This document shows positions 24,401 to 36,379 of a DNA stretch of 64,000 nt, piece after piece; positions within the stretch are counted from its first letter, which is position 1, and every line of letters starts with the position of its first letter. The position numbers and the translations under genes are program-made. The notes beneath the pieces were generated by a model. The model searched no databases. It had not been told where the DNA came from and saw nothing but the letters and a program-made list of their open reading frames with translations. Source of the DNA: Zygnema circumcarinatum SAG 698-1b (lineage: Eukaryota > Plantae > Zygnematophyceae). Location of the stretch: contig CM074805.1 of assembly GCA_037447605.1 (NCBI GenBank), positions 682,001-746,000 of the forward strand, read 5' to 3'.

Positions 24401-25184
24401 GGTCTATGTTGTCAGTCCAAGAAAGGAATACTCCATAGTGCTCACCAAAATGTTCATAATGCATGCGGACTTTCTGCGAGCGTACACATGCTACACTCCT
24501 AAAGCCATGAGGGACTTCGTGGAGACAAACAAAAACTGCGAGGACATAGTCATGAACAACATGGTTTCTCATCTCTCAGGCCTTCCGCCCCTCTTGGTTC
24601 AAGATGAAGGAAAAATTGACACCGGTTTGTATTCCGGGCTGCATGCTCGCACCAAGCATGGTTTGGAAAGGTGCGTAATGATTCATTGAAATCTTGAAAC
24701 TTAAAAGCGGCTCCCTCAGCCAGTGTTACAGTCGAAAGTTGTATTTTACCATGAATTTGAATGCGAATAGGTTAAAGGCTGCTTCAGAAAACATAGACTG
24801 CTCAAACTTTCCTTCTTTCGTTCTCCAATCCTCTTTCCGCACACACCCTCTATCTCTCTTTCGCGCTTCACTCCTTTCCTCTCCTTTTCTCCTCTACTCT
24901 TCCCTCGTTTCACTTCTAAGCCCATACTCGATGTCTTGAGATTTTTACTTTCGACTGCTGCACAGAAAAGTAGTTTCCGAAGCTGTTTGTGCGCACTTGA
25001 GTCTGTAGAGAGCATTCTTTCGTGGCCCAGATAACACTTTCTAGATCTGAGTCCGTGTGGTACATGTTGCAGGAGTACATGTATGGATAACATGGAGAAC
25101 ATAGTGGGCTACATGTCTTTAAAGAATACATCCGAAGTCGTCACCTTCTTTCAAAGGGAGAAAAGGTCTCATGGGAAAAGGTAA
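21488..25184 (+). CDS. Type II membrane glycosyltransferase with an N-terminal GT8 (glycogenin/PGSIP-like) domain and a C-terminal GT64 (EXTL2/GMT1/GINT1-like) domain; 6-exon model, 579 aa
   Basis: Exons 21488-21879, 22190-22397, 22980-23192, 23472-23626, 24011-24670 and 25073-25184 join in frame; intron 4 is GC-AG. Signal anchor KAILLVFITATVLCQTVFFIV. GT8 motifs: KLAAW, VVYLDND, RFNGGV.VLEP, HFPGTVKPW, LWWQAYD. GT64 motifs: SVVMNVFNR, SLNDRF.P, CDDD, VGFYPRAH, YSIVLTK, NCEDIVMN, RSTC. The two domains are certain; their joining is a model. A further exon at 25641-25758 is possible. Confidence 0.78.
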
Positions 25185-26807
25185 GAAGAGCGTTTGCATC
25201 CTTCATCCTGAACACTGTTTGTCGTTCACATTTTTTCTTTCTTCTTGCCCAACTCTTGATTCGGTCGATCTATTGTGCTTCTAGAATAACCGATCGACTA
25301 TCCTTAAGAGTTGTTTTGAGGTGCCTTTTTATCTTTGAGAAAGTGTGGGTGATACAGCTATCTTTGCTTACAAAAGCTGATATTGTCTTTCACTGTAATG
25401 TCCTCCGCGGTAGTGAGGGAGGAGGGGGGCAGTGAAATCGTTGCATGTTTTGAAATCTGGAGACAAAGTGAAGAGGAAAGCCCCCAGTCCATTGTATTGT
25501 AAACAGAATTAATGATTTTACATTGTGCAGCACATGTACTGTTGAGTCTATCCTCAGTTCAAATGTCGTGTCTGTCTAGTGATTGTTTCAGAATGAGCAC
25601 GTGCAAGGCCAGCCACTGACAAGTGCTGGTATTCTTTCAGGATCAGTAATTGGCGCAGTTGGAGGAAATGGAAGGCTTGGAAGGAAACGCAAAAAGCGAA
25701 GAACCAAACGTCAGACAAAGCTCGGTCTAAAAAGAGAACATCGGCCTCCTTCAACTAACTGAAGGAATAAGAGCGACTTTGAGGCCATGGGACCAACCCG
25801 GTGCTTAGTCAGTCATCCGGGGACAATTCCGTGCGCGGAGGTCGCCCTTTTATGTATGTAAAACGTGGGCCATGTGGAACATGCACTCGACACGAACGCC
25901 ATGTATCCGTTTGGACCTTCACAATCTCGCTCCTACGACTGTCTGAATAACTGTCTGTTCCGCTGCAGAATCTGCTGCCCCCCACCATATAGCCAAGTGT
26001 GCAGAACATGTTCAGGGGTGTTAAGGGGACCGAGTTCCATGTGGAGTTTGTGTCGCGTAACGTTTAGTGAGCGTACATTCTCGTCCAGACTTGATGTGCC
26101 GCCACTCCCATGCGGTGTTGTCTAAGGCGTCGTCTGCAGACATTGTTCCGCTCGTCGTGCGGGCAATATGGTGACTTGCATGTTCCCCAAAGGGCTGGGA
26201 GCTTCTCGCTAGTCGGGCAGGGTTTCGCGCACTGTTGAACGGAACGTGAAACGGTTTCTATGTTTTTGTTGCAACAGCAACATACTCGACTCGGCGCCTC
26301 GACATAGAAACACTGCACGCGCGGGCACATGTCTGAAAACGGTCACTTAAAAGTTGCTGGCAAGAGGCAATTCAGCCATAGCCCTGCATTTCATTTTTCG
26401 AAACAAAACCGAACCAACCCGAAGTCAACTGTGCTAAGTCAACGGGTCAATGTTGCGATGATTGACGCGCGGGGTTTACTGAAAAGGTCAGTTTGTCGGA
26501 AGATTTCGTTCGCACCCAAAAGAAGTGCCGACAAGGAGCCATCATACGTCACTTTGGACCCCTTATGCATACGTGGCGAGCCGTGGTTGGCCAATATTGA
26601 AATTAAAAATTAACCGCACCACGAACGGAGGGCGGCCCTCAATTTGAGTTTGTCGCGACGGGGCGCCGTTTGGGCCACTTTCTTCAAAGTGCGGTCGCGG
26701 GTTCGAGGTCTGAGGGCCCCCCCACGGGCGACTGCGGAAAACTCCGTTCGGGAATTTTCGGTTTACTAATGTTGACTCGAAATGTTACGGATATCAAGTT
26801 TTTAGTA

Positions 26808-27873
26808 CAGTCTAATCACGTTATAGTAGGGCGTGTCAGACTTAACAAAATGTTACGAATATCGAGTTTTTAGTATTACGAGAATCGAGGTTACTAAGTA
26901 CTAAAAATCATCGCGCCCCCGAACCTAAACCGAACCGAACGGAAGTCAACTGTGCTAAGTCAACGGGTCAACGTTGCGAAGATTGACCCGTAGGGTTTAC
27001 TGAAATTGCATTTCTTCGCACGATTTTGTTCGCACCCAAAAGAGGCGCCGAAATGGACGTGCGAAGAAAATACTGGCGAAAATCGCGTCAACGTGACGTC
27101 ATGGTTGTTTTCCCGGCTTCCCGCCCGCGCCCGCGCCCGCCCGTGACGCGCAACACGACACAACGACAAGCGGTCTCCGCGCGCCGCGCCGGCGCTGGTT
27201 CTAAGTTTGAGGGCCCCGCGCGAGGGCGAAGTTGCGAAGACGGCGTTTGGAGAAGTGCGAAGACGGCGATCGCGGATTGCGAACAGGACCGCGCCGCGAG
27301 TGCGAAAAACTACGCTCGAGAATTTTAGTTTTACTGACGTTGACTCGAAATGTTACGAATATCGAGTTTTTAGTATTACGAGAATTTTTTAAGTCTGACA
27401 CGCCCTAGTGACTGTGTCGGTCCCCACACATTTGTGTCATTATATCGGTAATGACCCGTTTGTCATTTCACATTTATAGTAACAATGTTATTACATATGT
27501 TTTTGCGGTATATCCGTACTACTTTGATACCGTACATTGTACTTTTTGGGCAGTCGTCACGTGGGTAGGTGTGTACGAACCCTATTGAGCATGTGTACGG
27601 ACAAGTTGATATGTACGGTCAAGTCGATATCTGACGATATTAGTCGATAATGTGTACGGTCGTAATATATTTGTAACGCATATTCCAATACGTGGGTGGA
27701 TAATATCGACATTTTGAATATATAGTAACAATCAGGGTTTTTCAACGTCATTATATCCGTAATGGCGTCACTACTGGCGCAGGATCTGCAGTGGTGCAAT
27801 TCCGTTCCCGGAAAAAAAGTCAGTATCTCCATGCTGTTCTTATAAACAGTGTCACTATAACGTGATTAGACTG
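26808..27873. mobile_element. Non-autonomous Tc1/mariner (pogo-like) MITE with 23-bp TIRs and a TA target-site duplication
   Basis: TA|CAGTCTAATCACGTTATAGTGAC ... GTCACTATAACGTGATTAGACTG|TA. The left TIR becomes perfect once the nested element is removed. TA at 26806-26807 and 27874-27875. Confidence 0.9.
26828..27406. mobile_element. Intact 579-bp non-autonomous TIR element (family E) with 18-bp perfect TIRs and a 3-bp AGT target-site duplication; possibly PIF/Harbinger-like
   Basis: AGT|AGGGCGTGTCAGACTTAA ... TTAAGTCTGACACGCCCT|AGT. Removing it and one AGT restores the host TIR exactly. The superfamily is only inferred from TSD length. Confidence 0.9.
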
Positions 27874-29580
27874 TATTACGATTTTTTCTTAAGTCTAACG
27901 GATGGAGCAAACTTTCATTGAACTCGCGATGGCGAGGCCATCAAATGTACATGGATAAAGGCAAAATGTGGAACCACGAAGGACTGGTCACAAAGGACCG
28001 AAACACAATAAAACGAAGCTAGGAGCGGAAAACTACGCCTAGGCACAACAACGCAGCCCTAGAAGCAGCCGCGAAGGTCACCGATGTGAGGCACGTCGCG
28101 AGGAGGGAGCGGCGGAAGTCCACCAACACGGTCACCAACAACTGCAGCACGCCGAAGAAGCGTAGAAGCGAGGCAACGCTGAAGGGCGACGGAAATACCC
28201 TACTCCCTACTCTGTGTGGCCTCATCTATTTTTACGATGGCATGATTGAAACAAATTCCCCTTCTACGCCGCCGAATGTATGTATGGTCATCAGTGAGAG
28301 AATGCACCGGCCCACCAGCCCTCGACGGCGGGATGCGGGACACATGCGAGATACATGTCACTTTCACAGTTACAGTCACGAGACACATGCAGCTGCGGAG
28401 TCAGTTGGCGACCCCCGCTAGCGTGGCTCGTCGTGCCGACAGGCCAGCCTGTTACGCGTGTGAAATGTCGGCAGGCGATGATTGCATCGTACGGTCGTGC
28501 TTGGTACCGTTGACCCGGAAAACGGGGGAGTCTGACCTTAGGGAGAATTTCTGATGAAGTGACCCTGTCTTTATCGAGGTTCTTACTCAACATCTGTGAC
28601 TTTACCGCGGCCGTGAGTCGCATAACCGCACAGGGACTAGGGCAGGATGTGGGCCCACTTTGTGCCTCAAATTTGTTGTCGTTTTGTTGGTAAATGCGAG
28701 ACTTATAGTCCACGCTCTTTGTCCAAATCTGCGTTCATTTCCATCAAAGGCTCAGCAAAGGCTTGGCCCACAAACCAATGATCCATATTCCAAGACTTTT
28801 GAAGCCACGTTCTTGTAACGGAGTCCCCCTACTAGGGGGGGGGCTTTCACATTGTAGCTTTCCTATATGGAATCCGAATTTGCTGGTTCAGGATTACTGC
28901 GAATTGGTACAGTCCGTAGCAAGTAAATTCGAAGCCCAAGTCTGAACCCTCCTGCATGGGTGGATGGGTAGATTCCCATTTTAAAGGTTTGCTCCTTCCC
29001 GTGTTTGATTTATTCCCATGTTCGTTTGCCGCGTGCACATTATGTGCAGCGTGAAGTTGCATTATTGGAGCACGTGTTGCTGGGCATCCTCGATGAAATT
29101 TATACACAACACCGCCAGTGCTGCCACGTGCGCATGGCGGCAAAAAAAAAAAAAAGAACAAAACAACGCATGAAAAGGCAACGCAAACGCTGTAATTGTT
29201 TTCTAATTCTCTCAGCAAGCAAGCTCCCAGAAAGCCCCTTGAAATCTTAATGTAAAAAGTTTTGAGCTGTGGGCAACAAATGCCGTAGACCCTCACTTTG
29301 AGGCACGTGAAGCCCCTGACAACAATATGAAGTTCTTGGAATGGGTAGACACATGAGGGCAGATTCATGTAAGAAATAGGCAGAAGGACAATGGGCACAC
29401 CTGGCAATCTAACTTGCGTTAGAGTAAAAAAAAAATGCTGTACAGGAAGTTGGAAAGTGAGCCAAGTCCTTCCATTGCCCCCCTGAAGCTGAAAGCCCAC
29501 TGAGGCCTAGGACAGGATCATGCGGGCAAGAGAGAGCATGTGAAAAATGTTTCTTGTGGAGGCCCAAAAAAAAAAAAAGA

Positions 29581-32500
29581 TTACAATGAGGGAGCAGAGG
29601 ATTCCGCAAATGAGCTGAAAGCAGCGGTCCAATCTGCCACAGTTCCTTCTCCATTCACCACCTGCACTTCAAAAAAGGACGAAAACTCAGAACAGGGAAC
29701 AGCCTGAACCTGAGATGTCATAATTTCAAGCAAACATTCAAGGCAGGAAGGATCCACTTCTAACTAAAGGCAGGAAGAGCCCCTGCCATGATTTGACATA
29801 TGCTTCAAAATGCAGCCCTCACTTACCTTCAGCTAGTGAATATCTACAATACGGTGAGGCCTAGCATGAGTTTTTAGAATAAAAAGTAAAGTTTTCATGG
29901 GACAGTTATGACTTTTACAAAAGGCATACTCTTCCGCGGTCTTAAAAACACATACTCTTGGAGAGTGCTAGAAGCCCTTGAACCACTTTTCCTCCTCCCA
30001 AGCAAACAAAATGCATGTCACAAAACAACCACTTAATCCTTGTGCTTCCGCGGGCTGCTTGTTTGGAAAGACCAACAATTGGGAAAATTCCTCCTCACCT
30101 CAAAGACAAGACCTTGCGTGGGGGGTGATTCCAAAGCCCTTACGCAGACCTCAGCCGCGTCTTCTCGGGTTATGCTCCCTCTCATTGTATCCCCCTGCGA
30201 ATTACCAGAACTCTATCAAAAACCTGCACTGCTAGCCGTCACGAAGCAGCTCTCCTCCTATGTGAAAGCTTTCGAACTAGGTCGCCAATTCAGATGCTGA
30301 TTCATCCTGCAACTGCACTAGACTGAAACAACAACATTTGCATTCTTCATATGCACTCCCTCTCAACTTAAAGGCTCATTTTGCTGCGGATATGCACCTG
30401 AGCAAAGGACAAGCCTAAACCTCCAGGCTCGTCCTTCAACTTGCCAGCACGAACAACAGTATGTGGAACTCCTGAACTTAGAATTAAAGCTTCATTCTGT
30501 GCTGCTTCCTTCAGTCCGCCAAACAGACCTCCAAACAATCCTCGTCCATCTTTAGCAGAGACACCTGCCTGCAAAAGCGGCCGGAGCCAAAGTAGGCATT
30601 GAGTTCGGTAGCTTTTAAACTCCTCTCTTTGAACAACAAGTGGTAGCAAACAAGGCAGCAGCTGTTCATAAAACTGCGAGATTATCGGCCCTAAAAAGTC
30701 CAAATTATAATGCAAAAGAAATGGAAGGACACTCAAACTGCACCGAGTGGATCACTAAAGCTAAAACAAATCGTAGTCTCCAAGAAGAAGCTCGACCATG
30801 CTCTGAGGAAATCTGTGTTTTCCATGCAGTCAAAGTTGCTGTCACCTGAGACAAAAGCACAATATGTTCAACTCCCCTCGCCCGAGCTCGCTCTGCGACT
30901 TGGCCCACCTGCATCCACAAATCCCCAAAATTTAGATACATTTGTCTGGAAGCAGAAACGCGAGAAACAGAGAAACAGAGTGGCTTTTCTGAAAATAAGT
31001 GGACCTATAATGGCTTTTTGAATGGACAAGGATGGCTATGTGAGGAAAATTAGAAGGATGAAGACCAGTTTACTTGATTACTATATGTCTACTGGTCTCA
31101 TGCTGCCCGATGGTGTGCACAGGGTGGCGATGTGTGCCGTTATGTTTCAATGAACGTGACTTACAAACTGAATGTAATTTCAGTAATGTCCATTGAAATC
31201 AACCCAATCAAATCTTGACTATAGTTTAAGTTCTACGTTGTCAATTCTGGAATTCAACAATGGCTTGCAGCTGACCAAACAAAGATACAGAGAAGAGCCT
31301 GCTAGTACTTTTTTTCCTATTAATAGAAAATCCCCTGCATGCTCCCAGAGTGTGTATAGGCTACCACGTTAAGCACCTTGACTGGACAGATCACAGCCCG
31401 TACTCCGTACAAAGCTTTATCAATGCTTTCAACATTTGTGACGTCCCCTGCAATTGGCTGAAAGCCCAAACATGTTTATCATAATCAGCCTCAATATTCT
31501 TGCAATACACCAATAATGTCCTACTGATATTACACAGCAAAAGCTCGCCTGCACAGGCAATTCGCTGACGACCTTGAATATGCCCAAGGGAAACGTGTCG
31601 AAGTTCTTTGTTTATTGGTTGGAGGCTCGTCCCTTAGTTACCCCGAAAAGAAAATGCTACGAGAACAGAGGGCAGAAAAAGAACCTCCTTTTAAAGAGAA
31701 AACCGAAAACCGTATAACCTGAAACTGTATAATTTAGCATATTAATAGTACCTTTCATACGGCATCCCACCGAGTTGTGGCACTAACCTCTACATAGGGG
31801 CCAAAAGCTGAAGTAGCTGCCTTGGGGTCTTTAACCAATACTCGCACGCGGTACCTTCGAACGATTAAGGATAGAACCACCAACTGGAGGATATACAACC
31901 CCACTACAAAAGGTCTCTGTGAGCTGTTCATCTGAAGTGAGATAGTGGAAGTTAGTCTTATGCTGCTACGCAGAAATTCGCAATCTGACTTGCTTACTAA
32001 CAAGTGTGTAGAGAACAAGGGCATTGATCATAGTATTACTGAAACTGCAGCTATGGGATTTGCTAATTGCTGACATGAATCTGCATCTGTGCTGCGCTGC
32101 AGAGCAAGTAACTAATATCAACCAATCCAACTGATCGTGCATTCGGTCAATAAGTCATAGGCACACTTGCCAGCTACCAAAGGTCTCCAAGGAAACAACT
32201 TGTCTGAAAGGACTCCCTAATAAAGCATTATCAAACTTTCTACGCTTGGGTACTTCGAGTGACAATTTCCTTTTTCCGGTGAAATCACCGTGTGCCGCCT
32301 GAACAGAAAGAATTCAGCTGTTTGATACTCTTAACTTAAGACGTATATCACCACAAGGTGTGCAATTCTCCATTCAATCCAACTTATGCGACTTCATACC
32401 CAGTGCTAGATAATAAAATTTTCATGGCAATAAAGGAATCTGTAGATGATGTCTGAGCCTTCCCATCCGCATATTGAAACGAAAGTCTACTCTTTCTATC

Positions 32501-33779
32501 CACAACGGTCTAATCTACTGCAAACCATACCTGCCCTGTTTCACTTTCAGCATCAGTGACCAACACAGCATCCTTCGTCACGGCTTCTGCAAATCCCATC
32601 GCCATTAGACGACAGTGAGTCCCCTGTTGTAGGTAAGCTATAATCTGGACGTCCATCTGAATAGGAATAGCATCAAGAGGAAAGTTACACAACATAAAAT
32701 AAACTAAGAATGGATTACTGCCGGGTATAAACGCCGAAATGGTTTCAATCCATGTTTTCCTTCTTTGGACGGGAGAAGGAACTCAAGAGAAAAGAGACTC
32801 TGGTCGTCGGTGAACATCAATCATTCTCATCACTACCGGCTTGCTTTGCATCGCATGAGCTCTTTACAACAAGACCGTCCTTCCCTTCTGGGTACTGCAA
32901 CGTGGGTCATCTACCTCATGATCCATAAAACATATCTGCAAACTGAGAGCAGCAAGTGGAGTTCAAGGTCTTGCTACAGAACTAACATGCAATACAGGCT
33001 ACAGAAATGGAGTAATTTACCCTCAGGATCTTCTCCTTGGTCTGACTCTTCGGAAACTCCGTCCCTTGGAAGCCGCTCAGAAGCACCATACCACTTCCTC
33101 AACTTGGGACCTCCTGCAGACAGCGGAAAGCCAAAGAGTCTTTTAAAGACCGCGTTCCTACCTTCTGATCGCTTTAGGGAGAAAGCGGATATGAAAAAAT
33201 ATATTTTAATTTGTCTACTGAATAGTTCTGAAGTGAATCCAATTCAGAGCAGAAGTCGAATTGATCAAGGATAAAGGTATTGAGCAGGGCATCAAGAAAG
33301 AAAGGCATATTTTAGTATGGTTATGCATTCGACGTTGCCACCTTCAGAGCTGGCCATACCTGAGCTGTAGCTATGCGTTGGAACAGTCCTACACGTAAGA
33401 TCGATGTTTTGGACACAATTCAGGGTCATTGCATGTCCAGATTTCCACCCACTAGAAGGTTGGAAGATGCAGGCTCCTAGAGAGGCACACAGAATCATCA
33501 CCTTCAATGTAATCGAGAAGTTGATCTCCAAATGAAATGTTCCGCCCAGATGATTCCTTCTTTGCCTGAACCAAAATCTGAGTGCTCCTTGGTCTACATT
33601 GCTTCTTTCCTCTCGTCATCTTTATTTGATAGGTCTGTAGCCATCCTGGATGGACAACGCCTCCTGGCAAAAGGACTTGCTGGTTCTGTGGGCGACATAA
33701 GGAATCCATTTGGTATCCTGCAAATACATGGAAAACTTAACTAACCTCTTGAGGACCAGGCCGCTGACTCAATCACCAT
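29581..33779 (-). CDS. Plastid NAD(P)-binding Rossmann-fold protein (atypical SDR, NAD_binding_10-like)
   Basis: SFGDQLLDYIEGGPKLRKWYGA, DAVLVTDAESETGQ, RVRVLVKDPKAATSAFGPYVE, GVEHIVLLSQ, GVPHTVVRAGKLKDEPGG, GSITREDAAEVCV and GLVFEVVNGEG. Start is 33779 (via a small exon) or 33709. Confidence 0.88.
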
Positions 33780-34039
33780 TGCCAGGCAGAAAATGCCATG
33801 CGCTGCAATTAAGCCCCAAGCACTTACAGCCACTTGTGCGGAGAATCCGCAGAAGCATTGCTCACTAATCCGCTTCTACATGTTCGGCTTAAATATAGTC
33901 TAAAGATTATAAATAAATGGCTTGATCGGCGGAGGTAATTTATCGTTCTTCCATAAAGACCTATGAATGAGAAGAATATTCGTGCAAATGACCTATAAAC
34001 TTTAACTTATCTTGCTCAAATTACGAGACATTGGCCCAA

Positions 34040-34075
34040 GTTGACAGCGTTGACAGCGTTGACAGCGTTGACAGC
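34040..34075. repeat. Perfect 9-bp minisatellite (GTTGACAGC)x4
   Basis: Seen directly. Confidence 0.95.
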
Positions 34076-36379
34076 GGCTAAAGCATGATGACAGGCAATG
34101 CATTGACTATAAGCAGGTGCCTCTCAATCACATGCATACTCAGGAGGAATGTGACGCATGCATGCACGTCTCAGAAGTGAAGTGTCCGGCAAGCATTGCA
34201 CTTTCTAGAGTAAAACGCATTGCAATTGATTACTTGCACAAATGTAAACAACAATGTACCCTTCAAATCCTATTTTTCCTCTTAATCTTCATCAAATCCA
34301 AGAGTTCCATCTGTTTTTCGAGAAGCATTTTCAGAACATTCTTTCTGGAGCTGATCAACGAGGCAAGCAAAGGTCATCGGAACAAGAACACCATACCGAT
34401 TTATGGAGCAAAACGAAGCTACAGCATGGCAGAATAGTTCCTTTCAATAAAATATATCAATACTATACTATACTACTACTACTACTTTACTATACTAATA
34501 TTTACTTGGAATCTCTCGTAAAAAAGAGGATAAATACTGGAATCTAGCCAATGTACAGTTTACAGAGCAGCAATTCGCCGCTCTGAACAACAAGAGAGAG
34601 TAACGAGTTTCGAGATACGCCTTGGATCCAGTTTACAAAAATGTCGTAGGTCATAAGTTGATCCTCGATCCACCTCACTCAACCCAAAAGTATGGATCAC
34701 TACTCCACAAGTTTCACGGTGCATTTTGAGTCTTTCGGGGATGGACCTGGAAACAACCGAAGTTGAACAAGGTCAATAATCTCCACGTGGCGATCCATAA
34801 GTGGATGATCTATCAGGTCATGATTGAGATCCACCCGATCCACTATCTTGATGTCGGTCCTTGAACTTTCGCGAGACTCCGTTACTAGCCTTTTCCGTAA
34901 CTGCCCCCGCCGCTGTTAGAAATGGCTGGCGTCCTCATTTACTTTGACCCTTTGAACGTCCTCCCACGATGTACTGTCGTCCTTGAGGACGTCTTTTGCA
35001 GGTGATACTTTGGTAACTTTACTTCTGTAAAGCTCGGCTTGATTATGAAAGGGCTCTGCAGAAAGGCATATACTTTCGGAAACCTGCAAGACATAATCCA
35101 TGTAAATAAGTTGAAATGCGTGCGAGTTGCTTGTTTATGTGATCTTATTTATGGAGGTATTGGCTACTTTCTTTGATTCCTAACCTCCTTGTTTGCATTC
35201 TCACTGTGGTGTGTTCCTTTGGTAGCATCTCTTCTGCGTCACTCTGAGTCATTTCCCGAACAATCTGGAGGGTTTGCAATTGAACAGGCTACATTGCTCT
35301 ATCTGTGATTCTTGTCTGGCAATCAGCAGGGTTCCGTGCATTGCTGGATCGCTTTTTCCCCATTACATGCAAATATATATGAGCTTGTCATTAAGTGAGT
35401 AAAATTGTTGACAGTGTCCGTGTTGTTCCTCTGGCCTTCTTTGTCTGCTGCCTGACTGAAAAATGAACTTTTCTGAGTATCGAAGAAGATCTATCCATTG
35501 CTTCTCCTGTTTCTGGGAGCACTTTGGATATTCAATGTCACGTCAGTTTCTGGTTGGCTAAGATAGGCGGAGGAGTATGAGAGTACGGCGATCAGCTTGT
35601 ATAGCTTCTACTACGTCTACTAGTGGTGCCTTTTTTCCTTGAGTCCTGTTTGGCAGTTCGGAGTTTCACTTCATCAAACGAATGCACTTTTGACAGTCAG
35701 CTACCGCAAATGCTACATAGCGTATGGTGACCAGCCTGACAGACAATTGGAAAGAGACTAGTGTCTATGTGGAATGATGTATCGTTCAGTCTTTAGGTCG
35801 ACGTATGTACATTTCCTGAAGTTGTGTTATGCTGAGAGCGTCAATATTCCTCTTAGAGGAAGGTGATAAATTTTCGCCTAGTGTTGATGAATCTGGTTCA
35901 GTTTACGGAGTGTACATGTAAATGTCATGAAGCTGACTGAATGATACAACTTTTGGAAGTAGGCCGCAACAATTATCTGACGTTCAAGGCTGCCAGTGAG
36001 AAGCTTGGGGGTTCTAATTCGCATCTCTGATTTGTACCATGTGCAGATGTCTTGCCGGTAAAGACAGACTTTCAGGAGTCAGAATTGGAAGCCCAAGTTT
36101 TGCCCGAAGATAGGATCGTCTTTCTTTTGTTGAAAGAGATTCATGATAGAACTAGTTATTTTGTTGAACCCTAACCTGATCTGCTACTTACTTGAACACG
36201 AGTAGTGTTCATGCTCTTCCAGAGAGTTCGATTATCATCCAGTTATAGCGCGCTATTCAAGTGAAGGCCCTAGCAAACAATTTCTAAACAAGCCCAAGTA
36301 GCACAGTTTTGTAGTTGACACTACCTACACAACAGGAACAAGCAGACATAATACAGCGTTCACTCCTATTTTAGAAACC

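Larger units (their letters stand above)
26404..27898. mobile_element. Older, 5'-truncated member of element family E (26404-26807 plus 27874-27898), interrupted by the mariner-like MITE
   Basis: Direct similarity to 26926-27398 (gaagtcaactgtgctaagtcaacgggtcaa, ttcgcacccaaaaga, tgagggcccc, gttgactcgaaatgttacg). Its tail ttacg...ttaagtct resumes right after the MITE. Confidence 0.75.
26124..28608. repeat. Repeat R copy 2, split into 26124-26361 and 28245-28608 by a composite insertion of about 1.9 kb
   Basis: The two halves continue each other when aligned to copy 1 (aagttgctggc|..ttgaaacaaattcc). TGGCA occurs at both junctions (26358-26362, 28238-28242). Confidence 0.85.

Noticed and set aside
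26695-26715. gggttcgag as a tRNA/SINE B-box
   Set aside because: No A-box or cloverleaf, and the motif is not conserved in the second E copy.
28847-29500. 217-codon minus-strand ORF
   Set aside because: Crosses poly-A runs, has Cys/Phe-rich noise-like composition, lies downstream of the Rossmann gene's stop, and one ORF of this length is plausible by chance in 64 kb.
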